DNA of 60,571 bases, counting the filler, from Diploschistes diacapsis (lineage: Eukaryota): NCBI GenBank assembly GCA_023645945.1. It is 5 parts of 5 records of this genome, joined end to end, with 100 filler letters (N's around TTAATTAATTAA, not from the genome) between each part and the next. Parts side by side here need not be neighbours in the genome. Positions count along the whole stretch, not along the records: positions 45,510 to 52,992 come from JALAIB010001281.1; positions 53,093 to 60,571 come from JALAIB010001282.1; 3 more parts are not named here. One strand, 5' to 3'. The notes beneath the pieces were generated by a model. The model was not told the origin of the DNA. It made no database searches and saw nothing but the letters and a program-made list of their open reading frames with translations. The translations under genes and the position numbers were made by a program. Below are positions 49,788 through 60,571 of this stretch, piece by piece; the first letter of the stretch is position 1, and each line of letters opens with the position of its first letter.

Positions 49788-51521
49788 AAGGCAGGGCAAA
49801 AGACACACATCCCCCGATCCCTTCCTACTCCTTCTTTGTCGTCTTCATCGGGGATCGATTGTGTCTGATCTGCCCATCCCATGCATCTGCAAGATAGCCG
49901 TGATGGCCTACCGAGCCCAGACCATGCCCATCTCAGCTCTCAGGCTGTCAGATTCTGCCCGAGGGACTCCAGCTTGTTGGGGCCATTCTCAAGGTCGTGC
50001 AGAAGAAGCTGGAGTTGTCTGCCGGCTCTTATACTGCGACTTCTCGTTTACGTTTGTGACGTCAACAAACACAATCCAAGTCCAAGCTGCTATTGCTACT
50101 GTTACTGTACATTACGTTCTCCATGACGCTGCAACGCTCGAAACCACCACAGCAGCGATGACACGGATGTTTTCGATTGCTAAATCGCTACCACTCACAA
50201 TTCCCATCTCGACATCTCTCGTGTAAGTGCTCATCGCCGGAACCTTTGCGTGGGGAAGCTTTGGTAGGGTCCTTATTAGTGGCAACAAAGGCCTTCCCCA
50301 CCGGGCAAGATGGGGCTTCTGGTTAAAGCGGCGTGCAGCATCTTTTAGATTGGGAAACTACGAAGTGAACATAGGGAGGTTGTTTCTCTGCAGAGATAGC
50401 AGGCAAACCCCTATTCTCCATGTTTGCGCCTTGGTACTGGAAACAGGTAACAAAAAGTTCGTAAACACTCGGAGCTAGTCGTCGTGGATTGCAGAAGCGA
50501 CATGGATGGTGTCGATAAATCTGGCTCAACTCAAGGGGACTGACTGGCTGGACAACTGGTGCATGGCAGGGACGTCTTCCCAATGGCTCTGTTCACGATT
50601 CACCCGTGTCTCTATATCGTTGCAGGGAAGTCTATAACAAGTAATAAGAGATCTTCCAAGGTTAATGAAGATATATGCTTGGTCAGCAACTCCTACTGTG
50701 GGGATTGACTTTCAGGTATCGACCTTCAGTTTCCCTCTACAAGGACTTTCCCTGGTGGCATGGCTTGGCTTGAACCTGTTATGCCAGAAAGAGCCATCGA
50801 ATCTACAATAACGATGCAAAATGCACTCACGGAATGCGCTTGGGCCTGCCACGATCATGAATCTCGAATGCGGACCTAAATATTGCGCGAATTGCCAATT
50901 GCGTGATTAGCTGAAGCATTTCAGTTTGGGCGAGCCTGTCGCCAGAACACAGCAGGTAGATTCTGCCTTCTTATAAAGATGCTGCTGAACTCCCCACCAG
51001 GAAGGTCTTCTTCATCAATCAACATTCAGCGAATTGCACAACCATCCTCACGCCACTACCACGAAGCCCCAAGAATACCGCAGCGCTCCTCACCAACGTC
51101 ACCATGTCCGGGCTGGTAAGCCGCAACGACATGCAGTCGAGTCTGGAGGTGCAGAACCTAGATAAATGCGAATAAGGTGCCTTCCGCTGTAAAGGATGTC
51201 CAGAGCGAGTCGGGCAATCAACGACCACCGACGCCCTACCCCCATATTCAATATTAGCGACGGAGCCTGCTCCTATTCGCCTAGAGGCGGCGCACACGGC
51301 AGCTCAGGGTGAACATCGAAGAGAAATAGCAGCGGCAGCACCAACACCACAAACACTAGCCCTTTCATCGACGACCCAGTGGCAGCGAGATCGTGAAGCA
51401 AACGACGGCTCGTCATGCCTACCGTGAGCAACGCTACTCTTGTATGGTAAGTGGCCTTCCTTTTCAGACAAAGCTCAACTTCCTACATCCGAGCTTTTCA
51501 CCGACCCCCAATACAGACACT

Positions 51522-52016
51522 GATGGCACTGTTCGCATGGTTCCTGATCGCCATGGCCTGTACCGTAACGATCGTCGAAAAAGCTAGATTCAACATCATA
51601 AGTCGGATCACTTCGAGATGTTCCTGGCCGAAGCTTTCAGCATCCTTTACTCCGTCGTGCTTCTATCTCGATGTGGCAAGAGGTACTTTGAGTCTGGGTG
51701 CGAAGAGTCCGAAGAGGCTGGCGACTGGGAAGGAGGAAAGAGGAAGAAGGCGGTAAAGGTTGCAATCTGGAGTGTGGTACTGGCATTATCCGTGGCAATT
51801 TTTGTTGCGCTGCACGCTCATTCCTTCCTTCGAGACAGGGACGATGAGTGGAGATCGGGTTTCCAAGCAGCGCTGAACGAGACGTTGTATCGAGCGGAGA
51901 ACGGGAGTGTGGTGGCGAGGAAGGATTGCGTGGGGAGCTGGTGCGAGTGGCGAATGCAGGCGCTTCTTCCTGGTCGTGATTTGGAGAGACGATTGACTGG
52001 CGTACCAGACGGTTAG
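51522..52016 (+). pseudogene. Possible membrane-protein gene fragment with frameshift
   Basis: Three hydrophobic segments in two frames (MALFAWFLIAMACTVTIV; MFLAEAFSILYSVVLL; VAIWSVVLALSVAIFVAL); no family recognised. Confidence 0.25.
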
Positions 52017-52428
52017 GGTGATGACTGTTGGACTTGTACTCTGCGTGGCGTGTTTGAACCACGGTGCAATCATGGCAAGGGGCTACTGCTTTGTATTCCA
52101 CTGAGTTGATGTGTAGTGCTACGTTGCCGAGGAATTAGATCTCTTAAATGGAAAAAATGGACAAAGACAGAGAGGAGTGTGCACCAGACTCCCCTCTCGG
52201 AGGGCCTTGTTTCCCTGACTTGTTGGTGTGAATCCCGCCCATCGTAGACGTCAACATCGTAGTACGTCCGCGGCCCAAGCTATAGAATGGCGAGCATGAG
52301 ACAGCAGCCGATATCCGCCAATCCAAGAACAAAACGAAAGATCCGCCTTTAACTTCGTAAACCTCGTCAAAACTCATCGTCGCATGATTTAAAGAAAACC
52401 CCATCCTCGACAGCGATCCACGCGGGGC

Positions 52429-52923
52429 TCACTGCATGCAAATAGCCAGAAACTCCTCGCAGTCGATCGCGCCGTCCCCGTCCAGATCGAACTCCTCGAT
52501 CATCGCCGCCAGCTCCTCCTCGCCCAAGCCCTCCCCCAGCTCGCGCGCGACCCGCCGCAGGTCCTGCAGGTCGATCCGGCCCTTGCCCCCCTCGTCGAAC
52601 AGCTCGAAGGCGCGCAGGATCTCCTCGCGCGGATCGCGCTGCAGGATGCGCGCGGCCACGAGGGCCTGGAACTGGGCCAGCGGGAGCCGCAGCGCGGTGA
52701 GATCGTGGCCGTGGCCGGCGTTCCTCGTCGCTGCCGCCGCGGCCGAGGAGAGCGCAGGGTTCGCATTGGCGGCCGTCGGGTTGCCGCCGTCGACGGGCAC
52801 GCCGTGCGTCCGCAGAATGTCCACCAGCTCCGCCTTCGCCAGCTCGAAGCCCAGCGCGCGCATCGCCACTTTCAGCTCGTGGAAGTCCAGCCGCTTGTCT
52901 TTGTCCAGGTCGAACAGCCCGAA
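52429..52923 (-). CDS. CDC31: Centrin (Cdc31), last exon; 5' exon lost in the spacer
   Basis: FGLFDLDKDKRLDFHELKVAMRALGFE, RDPREEILRAFELFD, LRRVARELGE, MIEEFDLDGDGAI; preceded by CTAAC branch point and CAG acceptor. Confidence 0.92.
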   Translation of the reverse strand, partial: FGLFDLDKDKRLDFHELKVAMRALGFELAKAELVDILRTHGVPVDGGNPTAANANPALSSAAAAATRNAGHGHDLTALRLPLAQFQALVAARILQRDPREEILRAFELFDEGGKGRIDLQDLRRVARELGEGLGEEELAAMIEEFDLDGDGAIDCEEFLAICMQ

Positions 52924-52992
52924 CTGCTGGCCGCCGACAAGGAGCCGCATGTTAGCGCGTGCATGACTCGGGGGGGCTTTGGGGGTGGAAGG

Positions 52993-53092
52993 NNNNNNNN
53001 NNNNNNNNNNNNNNNNNNNNNNNNNNNNNNNNNNNNTTAATTAATTAANNNNNNNNNNNNNNNNNNNNNNNNNNNNNNNNNNNNNNNNNNNN
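52993..53092. other. Artificial contig-joining spacer
   Basis: 44N-TTAATTAATTAA-44N. Confidence 0.97.
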
Positions 53093-53796
53093 GGGTAGGG
53101 GGGGGGTTGAGGTTGAGGTTGGAGCCTTCAACGAACGGGGTATAGGGTGGTGGTTGGAAGGAGATGATGGATATGTGTGTTTGCGGACCAGCCGCACGAC
53201 AAAAATGTAGGAAGAAGGTACAGGTAGCGGGGAGCGCTATGTTGTATTATACTCAAAAGATCCTTTGCTCGACACAAAGATGCAAACCACATGCGGGCCG
53301 AAACCCTATGACTGTAGCTGAACAACAGCGAACCAAGAACGAAGGGTAAGGTGCGGGCATGCTCTGGGTTCAATGTTACTCTTGAACTGTCGTCCGAGAC
53401 CATTGAGACCTCAAGGACTTGGGGGTGGAATGTATAGTAGAGCAAAAGAAGCCATGCGAGGTCCTTCGATTCGATAAAAGATGGCTTTCGGGGTTGAAGA
53501 TGCTTATCTATAGACTATCAGTATGGGCGATATCGATGACATTGATACACCCCAAGGACCTGTTCCATAGCTTTCTGCCCATATATCAGTTCGAGAGATG
53601 CTTTGGGCCAAGTACAAAACAGACTCAAAAGTCCCCAAGGATGCTTCAGGTATCTCAGGTATGTTTAGTGCTTAGTCTGAAGCATCTTTCGAGCTTACAA
53701 TATCTATTATCGAGTGAGTTGTTGTAGTAGCTTCGGATCTTCATAAAGCAATATGCTATACACAAGCTTCTGTATAAGTTATGTACATCCGTCCCA

Positions 53797-56700
53797 TTAA
53801 TTTCGGAATCTCCACTGCTCAAGCCAGAGCCTCATTAAGCCTTCGTGTATCGATCCCACCTCCTAGCCTAACCACGGGCACTAGTCGACGTTATTCGAGA
53901 CAGCAAGCGGCAACGGGGAAGTCCTTTGCTCCGAGAGGGCATCCTCCAGAAAATCAAGAAGCTTGAGCGCCGGATTGTGCTTCATATCAGGCTCGACACT
54001 CTCTGCAGACGTCCGGAGGAGTCCCAACCACTCTGATGCTGGCACGGCTCCTGTCCCAAGATATGTTTCGCTGACAGGAAGCAACATCTTCCACGTTGTT
54101 TTGCTCGGATTCACGACGTGAAAGACACCAGGGCACTCCCGGTACCTAGCAAGCGAGGACGACTTAGCGAGATTGACCACTACCATGCCCACGATATCCA
54201 CCGGCATCCAGTCGACCGTGTCCAAGGCTCTTAATGAGGCGGGAAGACTCCCCAATGTCTTTGACGATGCAATGATGCTGGGAAGCCATTCGTGCTTTGG
54301 CCCTTGGCCGGCTTTGCTCATTGGCCCTGCAATCTGTCCGATTCTGCAGATTGTAGCCGAGATCTGAGTGCAATTCCCAGAACATGCAGCAGTGATTACG
54401 CGCTCTGCTATCGGCTTAGCACGTGAATAACCTGTAGGCTCCGCCACGTCCCAGCTCTCAAAGGCTTCTTCCGGAACCCCATTGGCATCATCCGACCTAG
54501 GTTGCCAGTCCATCACGGCTCCGACACTAGATACGAAAAATAGATGAGCTCCGTAAGCGGAACCGGAGGAGAAATCAATTAGCTCCCGAATTCCACAAAC
54601 GTGAACAGAAGCTAGCTGTTCGAGAGGTTGTCTAAAGTCCATTGTCCAAGCATTGTGGATGATAAGAGTATCTTCCTGCAGCAACAGACGATAGTCATCC
54701 CTAGTGAGGCCGAGGTAAGGTTTCATAAGTCGAGTTGCAGAAATTTGACTGGAACTTTTGAAAAACCTGCGACAAACCTCTTTCTACCATGGATAGTGGT
54801 TGGTGGCTTTCGGCCCGTGGAGTTCTGTTCAGGCAGTAAACAGATTTCACGCAGTCATCGTTAATTAGTTTGTCGAGAATGCAGGTGCCAAGCGAGCCAG
54901 TAGATCCTGTGAGAATGACTGTGTGATGACCGGGATGAGCTTGGAGCCCTCGAACAGTAACGGGTAGGTTCTCCACGTATGCTTCAAAGATCCTTTGCAT
55001 GTCAGATACTGACTTATCGGAACATTCATCTCGGTCAAGCAAGTTAGCCGTCAACGCTTCAATGGTTGGCGAAGCATATGTTATCTTCCTTGTCGGCTTG
55101 TGGCGCAAGGATTGAGTTTGTCTTAGTTCGCGCTCCAATCCCCTACTTAAGTCCATAACTTGCTGTGAATCAAGGCCAAGATCAAAGAGATTCGACTCCG
55201 GCGTAACCTCCAGAAGGCCTTCAAAGGAAGATACAATTCGTAAAATCTTGTTTAAATCCCAGGCGTCACTAGATCCCATGTTGGTAGTGATCGTCTCCGC
55301 CAAACGTGCACCTGGAGCCTTCTAAAGCTCTTGAAGCTCAGAGCTGTATAGCCCGTAAGCCATTCTGCGCTGTACAGTACCTTTGGATGCTCTAGGTAAT
55401 GGCTCGTTAGATGTGGTGAACAAGATCATGTCTTGACCAACCCTTCCATAGGCCGGGCAAATCGAGTTTGCTTCTTGAACTAAAGGCCACAGCCGACTGC
55501 GGAGTGCTCGGGTTTCGGACTCAGTCATGGGCGGTACCGTCGCTTCCACAAGTAACGCTGAGTGAAACTGTCCTTGTCCGTACAGCAAAGCGTTTCTGAC
55601 TCTTGGTGACCATTGATGGTGTCTTCGAAAAATGATGGATTCATCCTTTTTCCTGTGCTGTACACTATGATGTCGTCGCTCCGTCCTCGTAATGTCTAAA
55701 GACCATCCTTTGTAGGGTGTTTCGAGAACAAGTCTTTAGTAGAGTATATAGAGAGATCAGGAAAGATGGAGAAGATGGGCTGAAATAGATCTAGCTTTGG
55801 ATCGCGTACAATGTGAAGCTCATAAAGATCAGTAGTGTAAGGACGCATCACATGGCCAAAAAACGGGCTGAATCTGATGCACTGCCAATCTTCCGAATCT
55901 GGCATTTCTAGAGGAACCACCCAGCCTCGGTAGAACCAAAGCCGGTATACAAATGCACTCGAGAAACGATCGCGTGTCAAGAGACCGTCGGAATCGGTCC
56001 ACCACCATAGCAAACATAGGGAACCTTGCTGAGCGATTGCAGGTATCGAGGTTCATCAGCGGTTTCAGCGAGTATCGCAGGCGGTAAGGCAGTGAGATCA
56101 ACCTTGGTGTTCCGCAAAACGGAGTCTACCAAGTCGGCTGTCAGTGGTCCTGGAGGGGAAAGATTGTGATCATGTTGGCGTGGATCCACCAGATTGGCAT
56201 AGTCAAGCCAGCACTGTGGAACATGGGAAATGGCATGAAAAACCTCCGCCCTTCCATATAGTGGACGTGTGTTGGGCTACCCCCAAGGGACGGGATCTTT
56301 TGCGTGGCGTCCAACGCCGTAATTGTCTTGTGATTTATGATGATTTCTTTGGCATACCCGTGGAGCCAGAAGTATGCATGGCGACAAAAGGCTCGTCCTT
56401 GGCTATACCGTATGCTTTCTTGTATGCATAGTGACGGATATTATCTTCCGGACAACAGCTGAGGAAGGCTGTCTAGTTCCAGTAGGCTCATATGCTTCTT
56501 TGACCGCATTTATTCGATGACTGCAAGGAGTAGGGCCGGTCCCTCTGGTCGAATCAAGATATTGCAGGCCAACGCGTCAAGGAGGGACATTTGAGCCTCA
56601 AGCCTGTTCCGAGGAGAGGGTATGAAGAGCTAATATACTGTATTTTAGCACAAGAAGTCTGCACAGTACTTCAGCAGAAGCGTTTCGTTGTATTCGAAGG

Positions 56701-56939
56701 CTTCGAAAGCCATCATTCATATTTTGACAGTCTGACCGTATGTGGATTAAAACGACTGGTACGTACCTTGGAGCCGGTCTCGATACATACAAGGACTAAG
56801 ATCAGATAACGGACGTCTTGCGGACCCATATAAGCAATCGTCCGAAAGCCATTGCCCTTTCCTACAAGAGCCTCAATCCACCAAGAGCATCTGTTGATGG
56901 CTCTGGTAAGGGCACCGAAGCTTGTGTTTTGGAACCCAT
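53797..56939 (-). pseudogene. NRPS-like carboxylic acid reductase (A-T-R), multiply disrupted
   Basis: AYMGPQDVRY, HTSGSTGMPK (A3), YSTKDLF..HP, RGRSDD, LPRASKGTVQR (A10), LFDLGLDS (T), ILTGSTGSLG, IIHNAW, GYSRAK, RIGQIAG (R), scattered over several frames with in-frame TAGs (55696, 55322). Confidence 0.88.
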
Positions 56940-59507
56940 TTTCAGGCTTGATAGTTGGGAAGAGAGGCGAAGGGACGATCTGGACACCCAGCTGCTATCT
57001 CGTCAACTAGAGATGGTAGTAGTCTTCGACCGTAATCCGGCAAGGCCATATCTGGCATGGAAGGCCGAAAAAGGTGAGTTATCTAAACGAAATAGGGAAG
57101 ACATGGAGGTTTGTCAGAGAAAAGGAAAGAAGTATCAATGAGACGGCGACCTACTACGCCAAGTTCGATGTAACGAAAATGGAAGTTGCATCAATGGGGT
57201 CATTATAGCCTCTTCATGAAATTTCATCCGGCCGTGCTCGGTGGGAGTGATATATCTAATAGGTTCCGTGATTCACGGTGTCCACGCTGGTGTCACCGCC
57301 GGTTTCCTCCCTCCTACGACCTTATACCCACACGAGGGCTCGAGAAATGCTTTCTGTTGATTGCAAAACAGTTAAACAGTTTAAAGCCCCCTAGCGATGC
57401 TTCAACTACTCTAGTTTTGTTTGTAATTACTTGAAGCACTCCTCGAGCCCTCATGTGAGTACAATAATCGTGGACGAGGTGTCTTAGGAGTCTTCGGATG
57501 TTATGAGAATCATTACCTGCATACGCAGAATCCTAGGATTCTGCGGCTTATTCCGAGAAAACCCTCCCGAACATGCAGTATAGTAGAAGAGTGTTGAAGT
57601 GTGCTGATCCCCATGTTTCTCAAGTTGAGGTTGTAGTAGACGGTACAAGCGCCAAGTTAAGACAAGCGGCTCAACTCTTAGTGTATAACAAGTCTTGGCT
57701 CTCCGTTCCTCTGCTGAGGCAGCAGATAGGCCAATAGAGACATGCGTTGGTGGTCAATCATCTAACAGCTCGATACGGTACAATCTGACTTACCTTATCT
57801 GATAACTTCATGAAGCTCATTCTTACTAGGACCCTGCCTCTAAGCATGTCGATCACCTGAGGCATTCCGCTGTACTCTGCATGGACTGGAAATGGAAATG
57901 AGCAATATTCTATTAGCTACAAATTTTCGTCCCATCGGCAGGGTCGGACAATCACGGCTCAGTGTCGCTACCAAGGAGCATCCTCGAATGATGAAGTCTT
58001 CGCTATGCTGTTCTTCTGTGGAATGCAGTCGTCTACCCTCTGCAGCCTGCAGCACATTCTTCGAATGCAGGCACCCGATTGATTATTGGAGAGCATGCCA
58101 TATTCAACTAGAGAAAAGCGGTGAACATGATCACGCCCAATCACCGCTCGAGCATGGGCGACGAGTTCTAGCAATAGATACACCCTGAACCTGAAGTGGA
58201 AAGGTAATACGCGATGGACTAGATCAAACGGCAGGGGCCGCAAGCTTCTAAGGGCTTGAGAAGATGAGAATCCCCGGAAGCATGTGCTTACAACGGAAAA
58301 TGATGCCTCAAACTACTGGCCGGAAAGGATAAAAAATGCCTTTTTAATTGCGATCGTGGTCGATTTCGTTTCACCAGAAAGAGGGGGTTACACTTTATAT
58401 CTGTACGCTTGAAGAATGTCTCGATGGAAGCTGTCTCGTGATGATCTTCTTGTCCACTTAAAAGATTTCGAGCAACGAGCCCGCAGAGCCAATACAACTA
58501 TAAGCTCGGGCTTCACGGTACCGACGAGGAGATTCTGTGCTTCGAAGCATTGTACTTGAGCTAGATGTAATCAGTGCTATTCATTTCAATCTTTGCCTTG
58601 TTGGTGTTTTAAGATTCTCTAACTTACCATACTTGCGAGACCTAGGCCTAATATGCTGGATATTTGGTACTTGGACACATAGCTGAAATTGAGGCTTGAA
58701 AACTTATCGATACCTTGCCGGAAGAGAACCGCGCTGATTTGAGAGCCGGACTTGCGGCTCTCCTTTTATGAGGCCAGCATTGAAGGGCTGGAAAGCAGCA
58801 CAAGTCCCGTAACCCGAGCACAACCAAAACTCTGGATCGTATTCTTGATGCCTCAATCTACACGTGTTGGTGCTAGCTCTACCAATCCTTACGCGCTTCC
58901 GGAGTAAGAGATACCAAGGTCACAGTCCTTGCTCGGTGAGATCCATTACTATACTTCACTAAACCTGAAATTGAGGTTTGGGATTACGCTCCAAGTGTTG
59001 TGCTTTGAGCGGTGGTTTCAGCTGCATGTCATCAGCCAGGGTAGAGGGGAAACTGCCCAACTGTCGACTAGCTGTTCAGCAGATTCTTGCGTGCATATTC
59101 CTGTCATTGTTGTCTTCTGTTTCGTTGCTTTGCCGTATTGCGGAACGTGAAGATCCGAGGTTAAGAGAAGCCAGTGAACATGCTCAGTCCTTGTAAGCAT
59201 CATCATCATCATCATCACCATAAGGGACGGCATGAGGGAGTACGATGTCTGATCGGAGTCAAGAGCAAGGTTGATATCGGGAACCCCCTGTTCGGTGCCG
59301 TCCCTACACCAGTGTGTAACATGATAGGCATTTCTCTTCTTTTGGGAAGCTGCACACTCCCATATCCGTCTGTACAACATATCATATTGCGACAACGCTC
59401 TTCAAAAAAGCTGTTAGGTCTCCATGAAGTAGTCTACAGTTCCTAAGACACCCTCTACATCATTTCATCTATGTTTTCTCTATGACTCTTTCTCCTTGAA
59501 ATTAGAG

Positions 59508-60400
59508 ATGAGCGAAATAGCTGCCGACGATTTGAGTCCCATAATCAGAGCAATTTCCATCTTTCTTATTACCCTCACCCTTGTCGTTGTTCCGCTCCGT
59601 TTCTGTCCAGAAGACTGTCGACTGCCGGGATATGGTGGGATGACTGGATGTGTTTGGCAGCGCTGGGCTCTTTCTCGACTAACGATGGACTTCCTAATTT
59701 CATATGCAGCCGCTCGTTCTTGCGATCAATATCACGATAATACTCGGTAGCTAGCTGTATATCTTTCGGATAAGATACCCTCCAACTGGGTCGCTGAAGC
59801 CCATATAGATACATTCCATGGATTGGGTAAGCACGACAACGAAGCGCCTCCGGATGCAACACAGTTCTATCATCAAACTCTCCATGCGAACGAAATCTTC
59901 TACGCAGTCGGCATCACGCTGATCAAGATCTCCGTGCTCCTCTTCTACAAGCGCCTCTTTCGCTCCTCCACACGCATCTTCCGCTTCAGCATGTGGGCCA
60001 TGTGCGACATCCTGTTAGCCTGTTGCATCTCGATCCTCTTCTCCTGCATCCTCCACTGCATCCCCATCCAAGCCGTATGGGATCCTACTTTATCCAGCCG
60101 ATGCATCGACCAAAAAGCCTGGATCCTAGGTCAGGCTATCCCGAACATCGTCACCGTGATTTATTCTCCTCGTGCTGCCCCTTCCCTTCCTTCTGCGGCT
60201 CCACACTGGTACCGCGCAAAAATTAAGCCTACTGACCGTCTTCGTTCTGGGGTATTTGTACGTGGCCCCCTCCCACAAACCCAAGAAAAACGCTCCTTGA
60301 GAACCTGGACCACTCTAACCGCATCCCCACCTAGTAGTGTACTCATCGTCTCCCGTCGTCCGCCTTGCTTCCGTGACCAAAGTCCTCGACCTCGTCGCCG
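59508..60400 (+). pseudogene. PTH11-like (fungal rhodopsin-domain) integral membrane protein, frameshifted
   Basis: VVPLRF/..GIWWDDWM, GLGKH, IKISVLLFYKRLF, CIPIQAVWD...RCID, NIVT/ILLVLPLP..L.....QKLSL; frame breaks near 59607 and 60160. Confidence 0.78.
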
Positions 60401-60571
60401 AGCACGAAGCCCACCACAACACGAACCTGGACCTGACATGTAAAAGCCACCCTCCCCTCCTCATCCTGCCTGTTCAGCAGAAGTAAAAGAAGAAAAAAAA
60501 TTCAACACCTATCACCCAAACCAGAAGGAATTTCAACCCCCTACCCCCTTTCAACTCCCTTGCTTCATTCC

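Noticed and set aside
45924..56939. Secondary-metabolite cluster (methyltransferase + Zn2Cys6 + NRPS-like)
   Set aside because: Interrupted by centrin and an artificial spacer; both enzymes are broken.
59174..59446. ORF with poly-His tract
   Set aside because: Product of a (CAT)n microsatellite; no other coding evidence.

Overview
Eukaryotic, intron-containing DNA from a filamentous ascomycete (Pezizomycotina-type genes, GT..CTRAY..AG introns). The window is five sequence blocks joined by four identical artificial 100-nt spacers (44 N + TTAATTAATTAA + 44 N), so adjacency across spacers is unproven. Conserved, apparently intact genes: aldo-keto reductase, GNAT/LYC1-like acetyltransferase, DCC1, BUD3-type RhoGEF, KCS1 inositol pyrophosphate kinase, zinc metallopeptidase-jacalin protein, Whi5-like repressor, Zn2Cys6 factor; gap-truncated RNF216-like ligase and centrin (CDC31). 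Accessory content: an ~11 kb island between DCC1 and BUD3 with three copies of a Fot1/pogo-type MITE (two forming a ~410-bp palindrome), a second MITE, a pogo transposase relic, and an intact AAA+ ATPase head-to-head with a decayed NACHT/STAND-associated gene; two orphan secreted-protein genes; pseudogenes of an A-T-R NRPS-like reductase and a PTH11-like receptor. Best leads: the AAA+/STAND-like divergent pair in a TE-bounded island, and MITE copies each carrying a private motif variant at all four TIR sub-repeats. All family calls are from recalled motifs; no searches were run.
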